Shown one piece after another: positions 1 through 7,514 of a stretch of DNA of 32,000 nt. The notes under the pieces are model-generated. The model saw nothing but the letters and a program-made list of their open reading frames with translations. It had not been told where the DNA came from and searched no databases. Numbering within the stretch: position 1 is the stretch's first letter; every line of letters begins with the position of its first letter. Source of the DNA: Desulfocapsa sulfexigens DSM 10523 (GTDB lineage Bacteria > Desulfobacterota > Desulfobulbia > Desulfobulbales > Desulfocapsaceae); NCBI RefSeq assembly GCF_000341395.1, contig NC_020304.1, positions 1,470,001 through 1,502,000 of the forward strand, given 5' to 3'. Both the position numbers and the translations under genes were made by a program.

Positions 1-428
1 ATAACAGCCTTTTGATGGAGTTGCCTGGCAGTCCAGGCCACGGCACGGCCATGGTTACCGTCAGTTGCCGTGGTAAAGGTTATGTCTCCAAGTTGCTTGC
101 GGACCGTGTCGGAACACAGCTCGCGGCAGGAGATATCCGAGATGTCTCTGCCGAGTTTCCTGACCAGATAACGGCTGATTGCATAGGATGCTCCGAGTAC
201 CTTAAAGGCATTGAGACCAAAACGGGAGGATTCGTCTTTAACAAAAAGTTTACCGAGCCTCAGGTAGTCAGCAAGTTGTGGTAGCTGAACCAGACCGCTT
301 GGCTGGTATTCCTCAAAACCCTGGTGATAGGCACGAGCTCTTTCAGCTTCAAAAGAATTGAGGAGGTCGAGGGATACTCCCTGCCCGGGACGTTTACGGT
401 TTTTATTGAAAACGTAGTCTATGGGCAT
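1..428 (-). CDS. dpaL: Diaminopropionate ammonia-lyase (YgeX/DpaL-like), N-terminal part; the C-terminus lies beyond the window start
   Basis: This ORF is absent from the supplied track because it runs off the edge. My translation of the minus strand from ATG 428 reads MPIDYVFNKNRKRPGQGVSLDLLNSFEAERARAYHQGFEEYQPSGLVQLPQLADYLRLGKLFVKDESSRFGLNAFKVLGASYAISRYL...TFTTATDGNHGRAVAWTARQLHQKAV. The KDESxRFGLNAFK (PLP lysine) and ATDGNHGR blocks match E. coli YgeX as I recall it. An AAGGAG RBS (rc of 434-439) lies 5 nt upstream of the ATG. Confidence 0.88.
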   Translation of the reverse strand, partial: MPIDYVFNKNRKRPGQGVSLDLLNSFEAERARAYHQGFEEYQPSGLVQLPQLADYLRLGKLFVKDESSRFGLNAFKVLGASYAISRYLVRKLGRDISDISCRELCSDTVRKQLGDITFTTATDGNHGRAVAWTARQLHQKAV

Positions 429-440
429 TACTTCTCCTTT

Positions 441-818
441 CTATGCGGCAGCGATTGCATCGATCTCAACCTTTGCCCCGAGCGGCAGGGCGGCGACCTG
501 TACGGTGGCGCGGGCCGGATAGTCTCCTGTGAAAAAGCTGGCATACACTTCATTAACTGTGGCAAAGTCACCAAGATCGGTGACGAAGATACCACAACGA
601 ATAATCTTCTCCATTGAGGAACCAGCTTCTTTGAGGATTGCTTTAATGTTTTCCATGCTCTGTCTGGTTTGGGCCTTGACATCGTCGTCCATCTTCTTGG
701 TTTCCGGATGTAATGGTATTTGGCCCGACACATAGATGGTGTCGCCATACTGTACTGCCTGGGAGTAAGGGCCAATTGCAGCTGGGGCATTTTCGGTTGC
801 GATGATTTTTTTGGACAT
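441..818 (-). CDS. ridA: RidA/YjgF/TdcF-family reactive enamine-imine deaminase
   Basis: I trimmed track ORF 441..938 to the internal start MSKKIIATENAPAAIGPYSQAV...ARATVQVAALPLGAKVEIDAIAAA, which is the typical RidA N- and C-terminus at about 125 aa. A GGAG RBS (rc of about 824-830) precedes ATG 818. The stop at 441-443 lies just before the dpaL RBS, so ridA and dpaL look co-transcribed. Confidence 0.9.
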   Translation of the reverse strand: MSKKIIATENAPAAIGPYSQAVQYGDTIYVSGQIPLHPETKKMDDDVKAQTRQSMENIKAILKEAGSSMEKIIRCGIFVTDLGDFATVNEVYASFFTGDYPARATVQVAALPLGAKVEIDAIAAA

Positions 819-905
819 ACTCAGGTCTCCTTGTGGTGGGTAGGTTACCGGTGTCACTTTGCTGTGTGAATGTGACCGGACAGGATTATATGAAAAACAC
901 TCTAT

Positions 906-934
906 TTTATAATTTTTTAAAATTCCCCTGACAA
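906..934 (-). promoter_or_regulatory. Candidate sigma70 promoter for ridA-dpaL
   Basis: On the minus strand this reads TTGTCA (rc of 929-934), a 17-nt spacer, then TATAAA (rc of 906-911). It sits about 90 nt upstream of the ridA ATG. Sequence match only. Confidence 0.4.
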
Positions 935-1074
935 GCAAAAAATGGTTGGAGTGAAGTTTTCTGGTCGGAGTTCTGGTTTGTTTGAGTTTGTTAACTAAAT
1001 GTAATCTCGAAATTGTAACGGTTTTATGCTTCTGTGTAGGGGAGCGTTGGTCGGGGGGATGTTTTAAAAGAAAG

Positions 1075-1103
1075 TTGACACAAAACTATACATTTTGTAA
1101 AAA
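1075..1103 (+). promoter_or_regulatory. Candidate sigma70 promoter for the ygeY operon, with an embedded small palindrome
   Basis: TTGACA (1075-1080), a 17-nt spacer, then TAAAAA (1098-1103). The spacer contains CAAAA-ctataca-TTTTG (1081-1097), a possible operator. It sits about 110 nt upstream of the ygeY ATG. Sequence match only. Confidence 0.35.
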
Positions 1104-1211
1104 TATTGGATGGTGAATAGTTTTGAAAATTATTTGCACGGCTCCTTCGTATCACCCTGATTAGTGTTTGATGTGGAGGAGAACTCACACAAATAGAGAG
1201 TAAAAAAACAC

Positions 1212-2420
1212 ATGACAACACTTGATTTTGATAAAATAAATGAGCTTGCAAAGCGCTATGAACCGGAGATGACACGATTCCTCCGGGATATGGTTGCCAT
1301 TCCCAGTGAGAGCTGTAATGAAGAGAAGGTTGTTCTTCGTATCAAAGAGGAGATGGAAAAGGTTGGTTTTGATAAGGTTGAAATCGATCCCATGGGAAAT
1401 GTTCTTGGCTTTATTGGTTCCGGGCCACGTCTTATCGCTTTCGATGCCCATGTTGATACCGTTGGGGTTGGTGTTGCCGGAAACTGGAAATTTGATCCCT
1501 ATGAAGGCTATGAAGATGATGAGTGCATAGGTGGCAGGGGGACTTCGGACCAGGAGGGGGGCATGGCCTCCATGGTCTATGGTGGGAAAATCATCAAAGA
1601 TCTGGGCCTTGGGGATGATTATACCGTGGTTATGGTGGGTACAGTCCAGGAAGAGGACTGTGATGGTCTCTGCTGGCAGTATCTTATTAAAGAACGTGGT
1701 TTGAAACCGGAGTTTGTGGTCTCCACCGAACCCACCGATGGCGGTATTTATCGTGGCCAGCGTGGTCGTATGGAGATTCGGGTCGATGTGGAGGGGATCT
1801 CCTCTCATGGTTCCGCTCCCGAACGAGGCGACAATGCAATTTTTAAGATGGCAAAGATACTGGGTGAGTTGGAACTACTGCACACCAGGCTGGCAGATGA
1901 TACCTTTCTTGGGAAAGGATCACTCACCGTTTCCCAGATATTCTACACCTCTCCCTCACGTTGTGCCGTGGCCGATGGTTGTGCTGTCTCCATTGACAGG
2001 CGCCTGACCGCTGGAGAAGATGCAGAACTTGCCATGTCTCAGATTGCAGATCTTCCTGCCGCCAAGGCCGCAGGGGCCAGGGTTACCATGTACAAGTACG
2101 ACACTCCTGCCTACACGGGGCTTGTTTACCCCACAGATTGCTATTTTCCTTCGTGGGTAGTGGCGGAAGAGCATCCGGCTGTTCAGGCAACGGCCGCTGC
2201 CTATAGGTCACTCTTTAAGACCGCTCCGCGTATCGATAAATGGACTTTTTCCACCAACGGTGTAGCTATCACCGGTATGCATGATATCCCAACCGTCGGT
2301 TTCGGGCCGGGAAAAGAAGCGGAGGCCCATGCCCCGAATGAAAAGACCTGGAAGGCTGACCTGGTGCGCTGTGCAGCTCTGTATGCTGCACTTCCCGGTG
2401 TCTATGTAGCCCAAACATAG
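1212..2420 (+). CDS. ygeY: YgeY-family M20 peptidase/deacylase (putative selenium-metabolism hydrolase; probable N-carbamoyl-amino-acid amidohydrolase)
   Basis: 402 aa. The blocks [61 protein letters not shown] and [19 protein letters not shown] are nearly collinear with E. coli YgeY as I recall it. Confidence 0.93.
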   Translation: MTTLDFDKINELAKRYEPEMTRFLRDMVAIPSESCNEEKVVLRIKEEMEKVGFDKVEIDPMGNVLGFIGSGPRLIAFDAHVDTVGVGVAGNWKFDPYEGYEDDECIGGRGTSDQEGGMASMVYGGKIIKDLGLGDDYTVVMVGTVQEEDCDGLCWQYLIKERGLKPEFVVSTEPTDGGIYRGQRGRMEIRVDVEGISSHGSAPERGDNAIFKMAKILGELELLHTRLADDTFLGKGSLTVSQIFYTSPSRCAVADGCAVSIDRRLTAGEDAELAMSQIADLPAAKAAGARVTMYKYDTPAYTGLVYPTDCYFPSWVVAEEHPAVQATAAAYRSLFKTAPRIDKWTFSTNGVAITGMHDIPTVGFGPGKEAEAHAPNEKTWKADLVRCAALYAALPGVYVAQT

Positions 2421-2433
2421 GCTTGGCTGGATC

Positions 2434-3384
2434 GTGAGGAAAAAACTGGCAGTCATTGCCATTGGCGGCAATTCCCTGATCAAACACCGGAGTAAACAGA
2501 CGGTTGAAGATCAGTATCATGCCATCTGTGAGACCATGACCCATCTGGTGGATCTTGTTGAAATGGGCTACCAGTTGCTGATTACTCATGGCAATGGTCC
2601 TCAGGTTGGTTTTATCATGCTTCGTTCGGAGATTGCGCGGGAGCAGGTTGGTCTCCATATTGTCCCCTTAAGTTCCTGCGTGGCCGATACTCAGGGGGCC
2701 ATCGGGCTCCAGATTCAACAGGCCTTGACCGATGAACTTTGGAAGCGTGGCTTGGCAGCAAAGGCCGTGACCCTTGTTACCCAGGTTGAGGTGAGTCCGC
2801 TGGATCCGGGATTTGTGCTGCCGGATAAACCCATCGGTGAATTTTATTCCGAAGAGCAACTTACGAAGCTTCGGGAACAGCATCCCGAATGGATACTGAA
2901 GCAGGATGCAAACCGTGGTTATCGCAGGGTGGTTGCATCTCCAATACCCTTGAAAATAGTGGAAGAAGAGGCCGTTATTGCCTTGCTTGAAAATGACTTT
3001 CATGTGATCGCCGCAGGAGGTGGCGGAGTTCCAGTGGTTCGCAGCGATATTGGTCTTACCAGTGTTGACGCCGTTATCGATAAGGATAAGACCGCTGCTC
3101 TTCTGGCCGGCAACCTCCATGCCCCGCTGCTGGTTATATCCACCGCAGTTGAGCAGGTGATGCTGAATTTTGGTACTGCAGCAGAACAGAGTCTGGGGGA
3201 AGTTCAGATGGTGGAGATGGAGAAATATCTTCACGCCGGCCATTTCGCTCCCGGATCCATGGCCCCGAAGATAGAGGCCGCCATAGCGTTTATTAAAAAT
3301 GGCGGCGAAAGAGTGATTATTACCAGTCCGGAAAATATCGGCGAAGCCATTCGCCATGGTAAGGGAACGCAAATCGTTCCCTGA
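2434..3384 (+). CDS. yqeA: Carbamate kinase (YqeA/ArcC family)
   Basis: 316 aa with a GTG start. It shows AVIAIGGNSL, ITHGNGPQVG, GYRRVVASPIPL, DKD and GHFAPGSMAPKIEAA, the typical carbamate kinase signature. The start lies 13 nt after the ygeY stop. Confidence 0.92.
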   Translation: MRKKLAVIAIGGNSLIKHRSKQTVEDQYHAICETMTHLVDLVEMGYQLLITHGNGPQVGFIMLRSEIAREQVGLHIVPLSSCVADTQGAIGLQIQQALTDELWKRGLAAKAVTLVTQVEVSPLDPGFVLPDKPIGEFYSEEQLTKLREQHPEWILKQDANRGYRRVVASPIPLKIVEEEAVIALLENDFHVIAAGGGGVPVVRSDIGLTSVDAVIDKDKTAALLAGNLHAPLLVISTAVEQVMLNFGTAAEQSLGEVQMVEMEKYLHAGHFAPGSMAPKIEAAIAFIKNGGERVIITSPENIGEAIRHGKGTQIVP

Positions 3385-3406
3385 TTCTTATCAGGAGATA
3401 CAACAA

Positions 3407-4603
3407 ATGGACAGAATTGGGATTGAAGAATTAATCAGGGAACTTGCCACCCTGGACTATCAGAAAATGTATAATAATGATTTTCTCCTGACCTGGGAAA
3501 AATCCATCGATGAGATCAGTGCCACCTTCACCGTGGCGGAAATTCTTCGCGGTATGCGGGAACAGAATATCTCAAGCCGTATCTTTGATTCAGGGCTGGG
3601 TGTTTCACTGTTTCGTGACAACTCAACCCGTACCCGTTTCAGTTTTACCAGTGCCTGCAACCTGCTCGGCCTGGAAGTGCAGGATCTTGATGAGGGAAAA
3701 TCACAGATTGCCCATGGTGAAACCGTCCGTGAAACGGCCAATATGGTCTCCTTTATGGCGGATGTTATTGGGATCCGGGATGATATGTATATTGGCAAGG
3801 GAAACGCCTATATGCGGAATGTGGCCCGTTCAGTGCAGTCCGGTCACGACGAGGGGGTACTTGAACAGCGCCCCACTCTGGTGAATCTCCAGTGTGATAT
3901 CGATCATCCCACCCAGTCCATGTCTGATATGCTTCATATCATCAAGCATTTTGGCGGTATTGAAAATCTGGCCGGGAAGAGGATTGCCATGACCTGGGCT
4001 TACTCGCCATCCTATGGAAAACCTCTCTCCGTACCCCAGGGGGTGATCGGCCTGATGACCCGTTTTGGAATGGATGTGGCGCTCGCTCACCCAGAAGGTT
4101 ACGAAGTGATGCCCGAGGTTGAAGAAGTGGCTGCAAGACAGGCTGCTGAATCCGGCGGACGGTTCACCAAATCGAACTCCATGGCCGAGGCCTTTCAGGA
4201 TGCCGACATTGTCTATCCCAAGAGCTGGGCACCCTTTGCCGCCATGGAAAAACGTACCGATCTCTATGGTGAAAATGATATGGATGGTATCAAGGCCCTG
4301 GAACGGGAACTGCTGAGTCAAAATAAAAAGCATATGAACTGGACCTGCACCGAAGAGCTTATGGCCACCACCCATAATGGTTCTGCCCTCTATATGCACT
4401 GTCTGCCGGCCGATATCAGCGGGGTCTCCTGTGAACACGGTGAGGTTGAGGCGTCGGTTTTTGATCGGTACCGCGTGGCCCAGTATAAAGAGGCCAGTTA
4501 CAAGCCCTACATCATTGCAGCTATGATATTTTTATCCAAGCAGAAAAATTCTGCCGACATACTGCAGAGCTTGATGGATCGTGCAACTCCTCGGATGTTT
4601 TAG
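3407..4603 (+). CDS. ygeW: YgeW-family carbamoyltransferase (knotted transcarbamylase-like)
   Basis: I trimmed the track ORF (3356) to ATG 3407, which is preceded by AGGAGA (3392-3397). This gives 398 aa, against about 396 aa for E. coli YgeW. The blocks FRDNSTRTRFSF, DEGKSQIAHGETVRETANM, LVNLQCDIDHPTQSM, AYSPSYGKPLSVPQG and HCLPADISGVSC match YgeW as I recall it. Confidence 0.93.
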   Translation: MDRIGIEELIRELATLDYQKMYNNDFLLTWEKSIDEISATFTVAEILRGMREQNISSRIFDSGLGVSLFRDNSTRTRFSFTSACNLLGLEVQDLDEGKSQIAHGETVRETANMVSFMADVIGIRDDMYIGKGNAYMRNVARSVQSGHDEGVLEQRPTLVNLQCDIDHPTQSMSDMLHIIKHFGGIENLAGKRIAMTWAYSPSYGKPLSVPQGVIGLMTRFGMDVALAHPEGYEVMPEVEEVAARQAAESGGRFTKSNSMAEAFQDADIVYPKSWAPFAAMEKRTDLYGENDMDGIKALERELLSQNKKHMNWTCTEELMATTHNGSALYMHCLPADISGVSCEHGEVEASVFDRYRVAQYKEASYKPYIIAAMIFLSKQKNSADILQSLMDRATPRMF

Positions 4604-4670
4604 GCTGAAGGCACAGAAAGGCTGAAGGCTGCAGCAATGGTTCTTTCCTTCAGCCTGAGCCCCTTCAGTC
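4603..4670 (+). terminator. Nested or alternative GC-rich hairpins immediately after the ygeW stop (possible operon-end or attenuator structure; no U-tract)
   Basis: The direct repeat GGCTGAAGGC occurs at 4603-4612 and 4620-4629. Complementary CCTTCAGCC lies at 4647-4655 and CCTTCAGT at 4662-4669. The inner stem 4620-4628/4647-4655 is 9 perfect bp. The outer stem 4604-4611/4662-4669 is 8 bp. No T-run follows, so function as an intrinsic terminator is uncertain. Confidence 0.35.
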
Positions 4671-4707
4671 TCTACACCTGTTTCACAGAGCTAGCCCGAA
4701 TTTCTCA

Positions 4708-4806
4708 TCAGTTCAGACGGCGTCAGGTTCAAAGTTTTTTGTAGAAAACTATAGTAACCTATGTTTACTACAAAAATACTGCAGAAGATGACGTCGTCTG
4801 GACTGA
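4708..4806 (+). promoter_or_regulatory. Hairpin of about 99 nt in the leader/intergenic region upstream of the xdhD-like gene
   Basis: The basal stem 4708-4725/4789-4806 has 18 bp including two G:U pairs (G4720:T4794, T4713:G4801). The upper stem 4736-4749/4763-4776 (TTTTTGTAGAAAAC/GTTTACTACAAAAA) has one A-A mismatch. The apical mini-stem is ATAG/CTAT. Folded by hand. Confidence 0.5.
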
Positions 4807-4944
4807 CCTCTGGTGAACATCGTGTAAATTTAGCAACAGTACTTATGCTTGCTTAACTGTTTGTATTGCAATGTCTTTATCTAAAGAAGCACGATGTTCA
4901 TGAGAAATCCGGGCTAGGGTACAAAAAGTACAGAGAGGGAAGTT

Positions 4945-7500
4945 ATGATTGAACTGACACTCAATGGTGAAGCGGTACAATACACAGGTGATGAAGATGT
5001 GTCGCTTCTCTCCTGGTTGCGTAGCGATCTGAATCTGACTGCTGCCAAGGATGGCTGTTCGGGGCAGGCCGCCTGTGGGGCCTGTCTGGTGGAAGTGGAT
5101 GAAAAGGCAGTTCTTGCCTGCGCCACTCCCATGAAGAACGTTGCCGGGAAAAATGTTGTCACCCTCGAAGGACTTCCAGAATCTCTGCTGCAGACTCTTG
5201 GCAGGGCCTTTGTGGCCAAGGGTGCAGTACAGTGTGGCTTTTGTACTCCCGGATTTCTAACCAGAACCAAAATACTGCTGCAGAAAAACAGTAATCCCAG
5301 CAGGGCAGAGGTTGAAAAGGAACTGCGTTTTAATCTCTGTCGCTGTACCGGCTATGTGAAAATTGTTGATGCGGTTCTTGCCGCAGCAACTGCCATGGCG
5401 GAGCAAAAGGATACTCCTTTTGAAGAGAGGCCGGGCATCGGTGTATCGAGTCCTAAATTCAAGGCGGTTGAGCGGGCAATCGGCCGCAAGCCCTTTGTCG
5501 ATGATTTGCGTTTTGAGGGGATGCTCCACGGTGCTCTGAAATTTTCGGAACATCCGCGGGCGAGAATCCTTTCCATCGATATCAGCGAGGCGGAGAAACA
5601 GGAGGGGGTGAGGAGGGTTCTGCTGGCTGCCGATATCCCAGGACAACGGAACTCCGGACTTATCGTAGAAGACTGGCCCCTTATGCTGGAGGTCGGCGAG
5701 GTTACACGGTATATTGGTGATGTGCTGGCTTCCGTCGTTGCCGATACCGAGGTTCAGGCACGGGCCGCAGTGCAAAAGATCAGGGTTGAGTATGAAGTTC
5801 TGGAAGCGCTGACCGATATGCATCAGGCTCTTACAAGCCCGATTAAAGTGCATGAAAGCGGTAACCTTCTTGGTGAAAAGATTATCAGGCGGGGGGACAG
5901 CGCAGGGCTGCTGCAGCGTTCGGCCCATGTCGCCAGAGGAACCTTTACAACTCAGACCGTTGATCACGGTTTCCTGGAAGTGGAATGCTGTGTCGTTATT
6001 CCTCAGGACGATGGGATCAAGGTTTTTTCCCAGAGTCAGGGGCCCTATCGGGAACGTGATGAGATTGCTCATCAGCTGGCTCTCCCGGAAAGTCAGGTTG
6101 AGGTGGAAGTTGTCGACTGCGGCGGTGCTTTTGGCGGTAAGGAGGATATGACCGTACAGGGCCACGCCGCCCTTGCCTGCCATCTGCTGCGCAGGCCGGT
6201 GAAGTATAAGCTCACCAGACCCGAATCCATCCGGATGCATCCCAAGCGACATCCAACCAGTATGGAGTATGAAATTGGCTGTGATGATAAGGGGATGCTC
6301 ACTGGACTCTATGCCAGAATACTTGGTGATACTGGAGCCTACGCTTCCGTTGGTGGTCCGGTGATGGACAGGGCAGGTACCCATGCCAGTGGCGGATACC
6401 ATTTTGAAGCCGTTGATATTGAGGCGCGGTCGGTCTATACCAATAATATTCCCTGTGGTGCCATGCGGGGATTCGGAGTCAACCAGGCCACCTTTGCCCT
6501 GGAAAGCCTAATCGATGAACTTTGCCTGAAAGGCGGATTTGACCGTTGGCAATTCCGTTATGATAACGCCCTCGATATCGGTCGTATGCTGGCTCCCGGC
6601 CAGGTGCTTACCGCAAGTGTGGGGCTCAGGGAAACATTGCTCAGTGTGAAAGATGCCTATGACAGGGCCGAATACAAAGGACTTGCCTGCGCTGTGAAGA
6701 ATTGCGGAGTGGGAAATGGTATCCCTGAGCTGAGCAGGGTTTTTATTGAAATCCATGAAGGGGGCAAAATTATTCTCCACCATGGCTGGACGGAGATGGG
6801 ACAGGGGGTGCACACGATTGCCCGTCAGGCCCTGTGTGAAGCAACCGGAATCACCGATATTGATTTGGTAACACCCTATGTCTCCACAGCTTCCGGGGCC
6901 ATCGGCGGCCCCACCACCGCCAGTCGCGGCACTCTGCTCCTTGGTCGTGCCATTATCGATGCGGCGAAGGGATTGAAAGAAGATTTAAAAACTCAATCCC
7001 TGAAGCAACTGGCTGGAAAAACCTATAGCGGAGAGTTTCTCTGCGATTACACCCAGGCCGATGGAAAACCCGGTGAAATTATCTCACATATTTCCTACGG
7101 TTACGCCACCAATCTTGCCATTCTGGACGGGGATGGCAATCTTGAAAAGATTATTGCTTCCCACGACGCCGGACGAATCCTGAATCCTAAACTGTTTCAG
7201 GGACAGATTGAAGGAGGGGTGGCCATGGGGGTTGGGTATGCCCTCAGTGAGACCGTGCCACTTCAAGATGGCAGGCTGACCTCGGAAAAATACCGGGCAC
7301 TGGGTATCCCCAAAATCAATAATCTGCCTGAAATTGAGGTGATTGGAGTGGAATCCAATGATCCGGAAGGGCCATTTGGAGCAAAGGGGGTTGGGGAAAT
7401 CGGCTGCATTGCCACCGCACCCGCCATTGCCAACGCGTTTTGCGATTATGATGGAAAGCGCAGATACTCTCTGCCTCTTGAACCCATCAAAAAGAAATAG
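4945..7500 (+). CDS. xdhD: Fused [2Fe-2S] plus molybdopterin-binding hydroxylase (XdhD-like; selenium-dependent molybdenum hydroxylase 1 type)
   Basis: 851 aa. The N-terminus carries the plant-type and second 2Fe-2S motifs (CSGQAACGACLV; CGFCTPGF...CRCTGY). The aldehyde oxidase/xanthine dehydrogenase Moco domains follow (GGAFGGKED, GAMRGFG, GPFGAKGVGE). A GAGAGGGAAG RBS precedes the ATG. There is no FAD domain. Confidence 0.9.
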   Translation: MIELTLNGEAVQYTGDEDVSLLSWLRSDLNLTAAKDGCSGQAACGACLVEVDEKAVLACATPMKNVAGKNVVTLEGLPESLLQTLGRAFVAKGAVQCGFCTPGFLTRTKILLQKNSNPSRAEVEKELRFNLCRCTGYVKIVDAVLAAATAMAEQKDTPFEERPGIGVSSPKFKAVERAIGRKPFVDDLRFEGMLHGALKFSEHPRARILSIDISEAEKQEGVRRVLLAADIPGQRNSGLIVEDWPLMLEVGEVTRYIGDVLASVVADTEVQARAAVQKIRVEYEVLEALTDMHQALTSPIKVHESGNLLGEKIIRRGDSAGLLQRSAHVARGTFTTQTVDHGFLEVECCVVIPQDDGIKVFSQSQGPYRERDEIAHQLALPESQVEVEVVDCGGAFGGKEDMTVQGHAALACHLLRRPVKYKLTRPESIRMHPKRHPTSMEYEIGCDDKGMLTGLYARILGDTGAYASVGGPVMDRAGTHASGGYHFEAVDIEARSVYTNNIPCGAMRGFGVNQATFALESLIDELCLKGGFDRWQFRYDNALDIGRMLAPGQVLTASVGLRETLLSVKDAYDRAEYKGLACAVKNCGVGNGIPELSRVFIEIHEGGKIILHHGWTEMGQGVHTIARQALCEATGITDIDLVTPYVSTASGAIGGPTTASRGTLLLGRAIIDAAKGLKEDLKTQSLKQLAGKTYSGEFLCDYTQADGKPGEIISHISYGYATNLAILDGDGNLEKIIASHDAGRILNPKLFQGQIEGGVAMGVGYALSETVPLQDGRLTSEKYRALGIPKINNLPEIEVIGVESNDPEGPFGAKGVGEIGCIATAPAIANAFCDYDGKRRYSLPLEPIKKK

Positions 7501-7514
7501 ACGGGAGTAATTCT

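Noticed and set aside
12-617. The + strand ORFs 12..284 (90 aa) and 324..617 (97 aa) in the supplied track.
   Set aside because: They lie antisense to clearly recognisable dpaL (1-428) and ridA (441-818) coding sequence. They have no family resemblance and no RBS, so they are shadow ORFs.
1171-1203. A 10-codon upstream ORF ([10 protein letters not shown]) ending 8 nt before the ygeY ATG, considered as a possible leader peptide.
   Set aside because: There is no SD in front of it, no adjacent terminator or antiterminator, and no informative codon content. It is most likely chance.
3356-3406. Upstream-extended starts in the ORF track: 3356 for ygeW, 10099 for ygfK, 19546 for guaD, 22405 for the permease, 27252 for the PLP enzyme and 30587 for the HXXEE protein.
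   Set aside because: The extensions overlap the preceding gene and lack an RBS. Internal starts at 3407, 10195, 19570, 22477, 27297 and 30656 have SD sequences and give lengths and N-termini matching the families.
4604-4944. A purine (guanine/xanthine) riboswitch or a sigma54 promoter upstream of the xdhD-like gene. I also checked 938-1211 and the short gaps before the permease, xdhA and the ABC genes.
   Set aside because: I could not find the conserved purine-riboswitch three-way-junction core. No TGGCAC-N5-TTGC match has correct spacing: the nearest candidates, around 1111-1125 and 4850-4870, fail at the GG or GC positions. An Infernal scan would settle this.
5257-6402. Long antisense ORFs: 5257..6402 (381 aa), 7779..8666 (295 aa), 16120..16803, 21126..21899, 25988..26758, 27306..27965 and others.
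   Set aside because: Each lies entirely inside a strongly supported + strand gene. Their translations are low-complexity or atypical with no recognisable motifs. They are typical codon-bias shadow frames.
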